A program made the translations under genes and the position numbers. A model generated the notes under the pieces. That model saw only the letters and a program-made list of their open reading frames with translations. It did not search any database and had not been told where the DNA came from. A stretch of 64,000 nucleotides of DNA from Chiloscyllium plagiosum. Lineage: Eukaryota. This document shows positions 61,436 through 64,000 of this stretch, piece after piece. Numbering within the stretch: the first letter of the stretch is position 1; each line of letters begins with the position of its first letter. Where the stretch lies: the NCBI RefSeq assembly GCF_004010195.1, contig NC_057720.1, forward strand, positions 8,424,164 to 8,488,163, read 5' to 3'.

Positions 61436-62065
61436 GAGAGCACTTACCAAATCTGTGGTCACATCTCGTAGCCATGATGTGGAGGTGCCAGTGTTGGACT
61501 GGGGTGGACAAAGTCAGAAGAGAGAAAGTGAGGGCTGCAGATGCTGGATATCAGAGCTGAAAATGTGTTGCTGGAAAAGCGCAGCAGGTCAGGCAGCATC
61601 CAAGGAACAGGAGAATCGACGTTTCGGGCACAAGCCCTTCTTCAGGAAGGGCTTTTCCAGCAACACATTTTCAGCTCTGGACAAAGTCAGAAGTCAGGTG
61701 ACACCAGGTTAGAGTCCAACAGGTTTATTTGAAATCCCAAACTTTCAGAGCAGTGATTTCGAATAAACTTGAACTATAACTTGGTGTTGTCTGACTTCTG
61801 ACCACATCTGGAAGGACCGGGGCAGCAGATACTTGAGCACGGCACTGCCTGCTAGTTTCTGTCTAAACCGCTCTCCATCCTGATTTGGAAATATATCGCC
61901 ATTCCTTCAATGTCACTGGGTCAAAATCCTGGAACATCTTCCCTCACAGTACTATGGATATTCCATGCACCACAAGGTCTGCATCATCATCTTCTCAAAA
62001 GGGCTGTTATGAGTGAGCAATAAATGTTGACGTCTGCAGCAATGTCCACATCCCTTGAAAATATA
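61436..62065 (+). mobile_element. CR1/L2-group LINE 3' end containing a family B PLE fold-back (~61470-61802) that itself contains a family A PLE (61521-61677)
   Basis: 16-bp TSD tggacaaagtcagaag (61505-61520, 61678-61693); intact minus-strand hammerhead core at 61614-61648; host matches 28440-28925. Confidence 0.8.
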
Positions 62066-64000
62066 AACTAAAATCTAAGTTCAAGTCTCTCTTATCTTTA
62101 CGTCAGATCTACAATACTCAAACAGGTTCCTTTTTTTTAAATCTCTGGACTGCTTAGTGCTGTTGATTAATTGAGCTAACTGATTAATTGTTATGCTGGC
62201 ACTGCAGAATCATGTGCTTATTCCAGGGCTTGCTGTTTTTTTGTTGAATTTCACTCGAAGTGATTCATTCTCTATTATCAGAGCTGCTGGAATGTGCAAT
62301 GTCTTCAGGTGCTGATGGATGGAGGCTGTTTGCTCTCTCTGCAGCAACCGAGGTGTAACCTCAACAAACCTTCAAATGAAGCAGCTACTGCAATTGATTA
62401 GCCTGGTTTGCTCAGATCCAGGAATATGTTTTTTTTTAGCGTGGAGCTGTTTCACACTGACCGAGCCCAGGGTTGGAGAGAATAAATTGCAGTAGCTATT
62501 TTAAGAAAACCAAATCCAAGAGGGATACAGTTTCAGGCAGTCAGATTCCTCTGGGATGCACACCTTTGGGACATTGGGTTTGAAGTAACGGTGGTCTCAC
62601 AGCTGAGAGCACCTTCAAACTCAAATAGGAACGTCAATTCTTCAGCGAGGAGATCTCTCCGGGGATGTTCACTCTCTCTCTTTCTCTGTTCCCTTACAAT
62701 CCTTCAACTGTACAGACACAGTTTGTTTTGCAGTAATAGTCTTTTGCTTTGTTCTTTGCCTGACCTTTCAGTTTAGCCCAGGTTGGTGATGGTTTCGGGT
62801 AAGTCATGGGTGACTCGCTGAACTCTTTGCCTTCTATTCTTTGTCTTAACTTTATTTCTTTCCTGTTTTTGGGCTGGAACAGCACCTATTCATCACTTGA
62901 CCTTCCAGACCACCTCCAACTTTTATTTTATTTCTTCCCCATATTCCCTTTGGCTCTGCATCATCAACTTTTTTTTAATCATTTAATATCTCCTGTATTC
63001 TGCCCTATCATAAATTATCCTTAATCGTTTCTCTCATGCACTCATCCATTCGGCCTTGGGGTTTGGTTGACAAGTTGCATGGAAGGTTGGCTTTCAATGC
63101 ACTCTAACCAGCAACATAGGTTCAATTCCCATACTTGCTGAGGTTACCATGAAGGTGTCACCTTCTCAGCCTCTCCCGTGTCTGAGATGAGGTGACCCTC
63201 AGGTTAAGTCAGCACCAGTTGTCTCACTGGAGAGAGAGAGAGAGCGCCATGGTGATTTTACCTTTTACCTTTTATGCTTCTCAATTTGCTCAAGTTTTGA
63301 ATTAAAACTTCAAACGCTAACTCTGTCTTTCTCTCCAGGGCTGCTACCAGACCCCTGTTGTGTATTTCCAGCAATTTCTGGTTTTATTTATGCTCTGTCC
63401 TGTTTGTGTCAGCTCTAACTGCAATATTATCGATTTCTCTTTACTTCTTTTCCAACCAAGAATCAGTATTCTGGGTGACTGACTGATGGGCTCACAGAGA
63501 ATAAAGAGGAAGGATAGATTTGCATTCACAGAGTACCCTGTCATGATCTCAAGCAATCCTAAGGCACTTTACTTATGACAAAATACTTTCAAAGTTGTAT
63601 TCTGAGAAACCTGGCAACCAATGTGTAGACAACAGGAACTAGCAAATAGCAACAGCTTAAGAATCAGAGTTGTTTTTTGGAGGGATAGTTATTGGCCAGA
63701 AGGTCTGGTGAATTCTATTGTTTCTCACTTTCTGAATCGCGCTGCAGGATTCTTTACTTATACCTGAGAGTAAAGATGGAACTTTGGCTTCACATCAAAC
63801 TGTGGATTCCATGAGGGGTTGAATTTCCTGCTCCTGCTCCTTGCAGTTGTGTACTTCTTACTCTCTCAGCAGGAGACATCAAGCGGGATAGTATCGGGCT
63901 AACCGGGGGCCTCATCAGCTAGCTGGATGGCTGGAATGATCCCTGTGTCACCTCCATTGAGGAAGACCCACCATATTAATCAGCAACACCAGGGCCAGCA

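Noticed and set aside
1..64000. CRISPR arrays or prokaryote-type operons
   Set aside because: No regularly spaced repeat-spacer array and no gene-dense coding; the sequence is vertebrate repeat-rich DNA

Overview
Non-coding, repeat-saturated vertebrate genomic DNA. The repeat content (HE1-type tRNA/V-SINEs, HER1/CR1 LINEs, Deu-domain SINEs) points to an elasmobranch, probably a shark; this is inference. I see no host protein-coding exon that I can support. Every recognisable ORF is a retroelement remnant: many 5'-truncated CR1 copies, one near-full-length decayed CR1 (32215-37290, minus; SGNH-esterase ORF1 plus APE/RT ORF2), a Penelope-like (PLE) GIY-YIG fragment spanning an assembly gap, and a Rex1/Babar 3' end. 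The most notable signal is a population of very short PLE-tail insertions from at least three families. Many carry minimal hammerhead-ribozyme cores (CUGAnGA-helix II-GAAA-palindromic helix III). Many have 9-16 bp target-site duplications and fold-back (inverted) architecture, with 5' ends or turn-around points clustered at the ribozyme. Also present: three SINE/LINE pairs sharing 3' tails (one apparently Rex/Babar-dependent), local duplications, a compact promoter-like motif cluster, and several repeat-free, homeodomain-motif-rich blocks that look like conserved enhancers. Family names come from recognition by eye, not a database search, and boundaries of old repeats are approximate.
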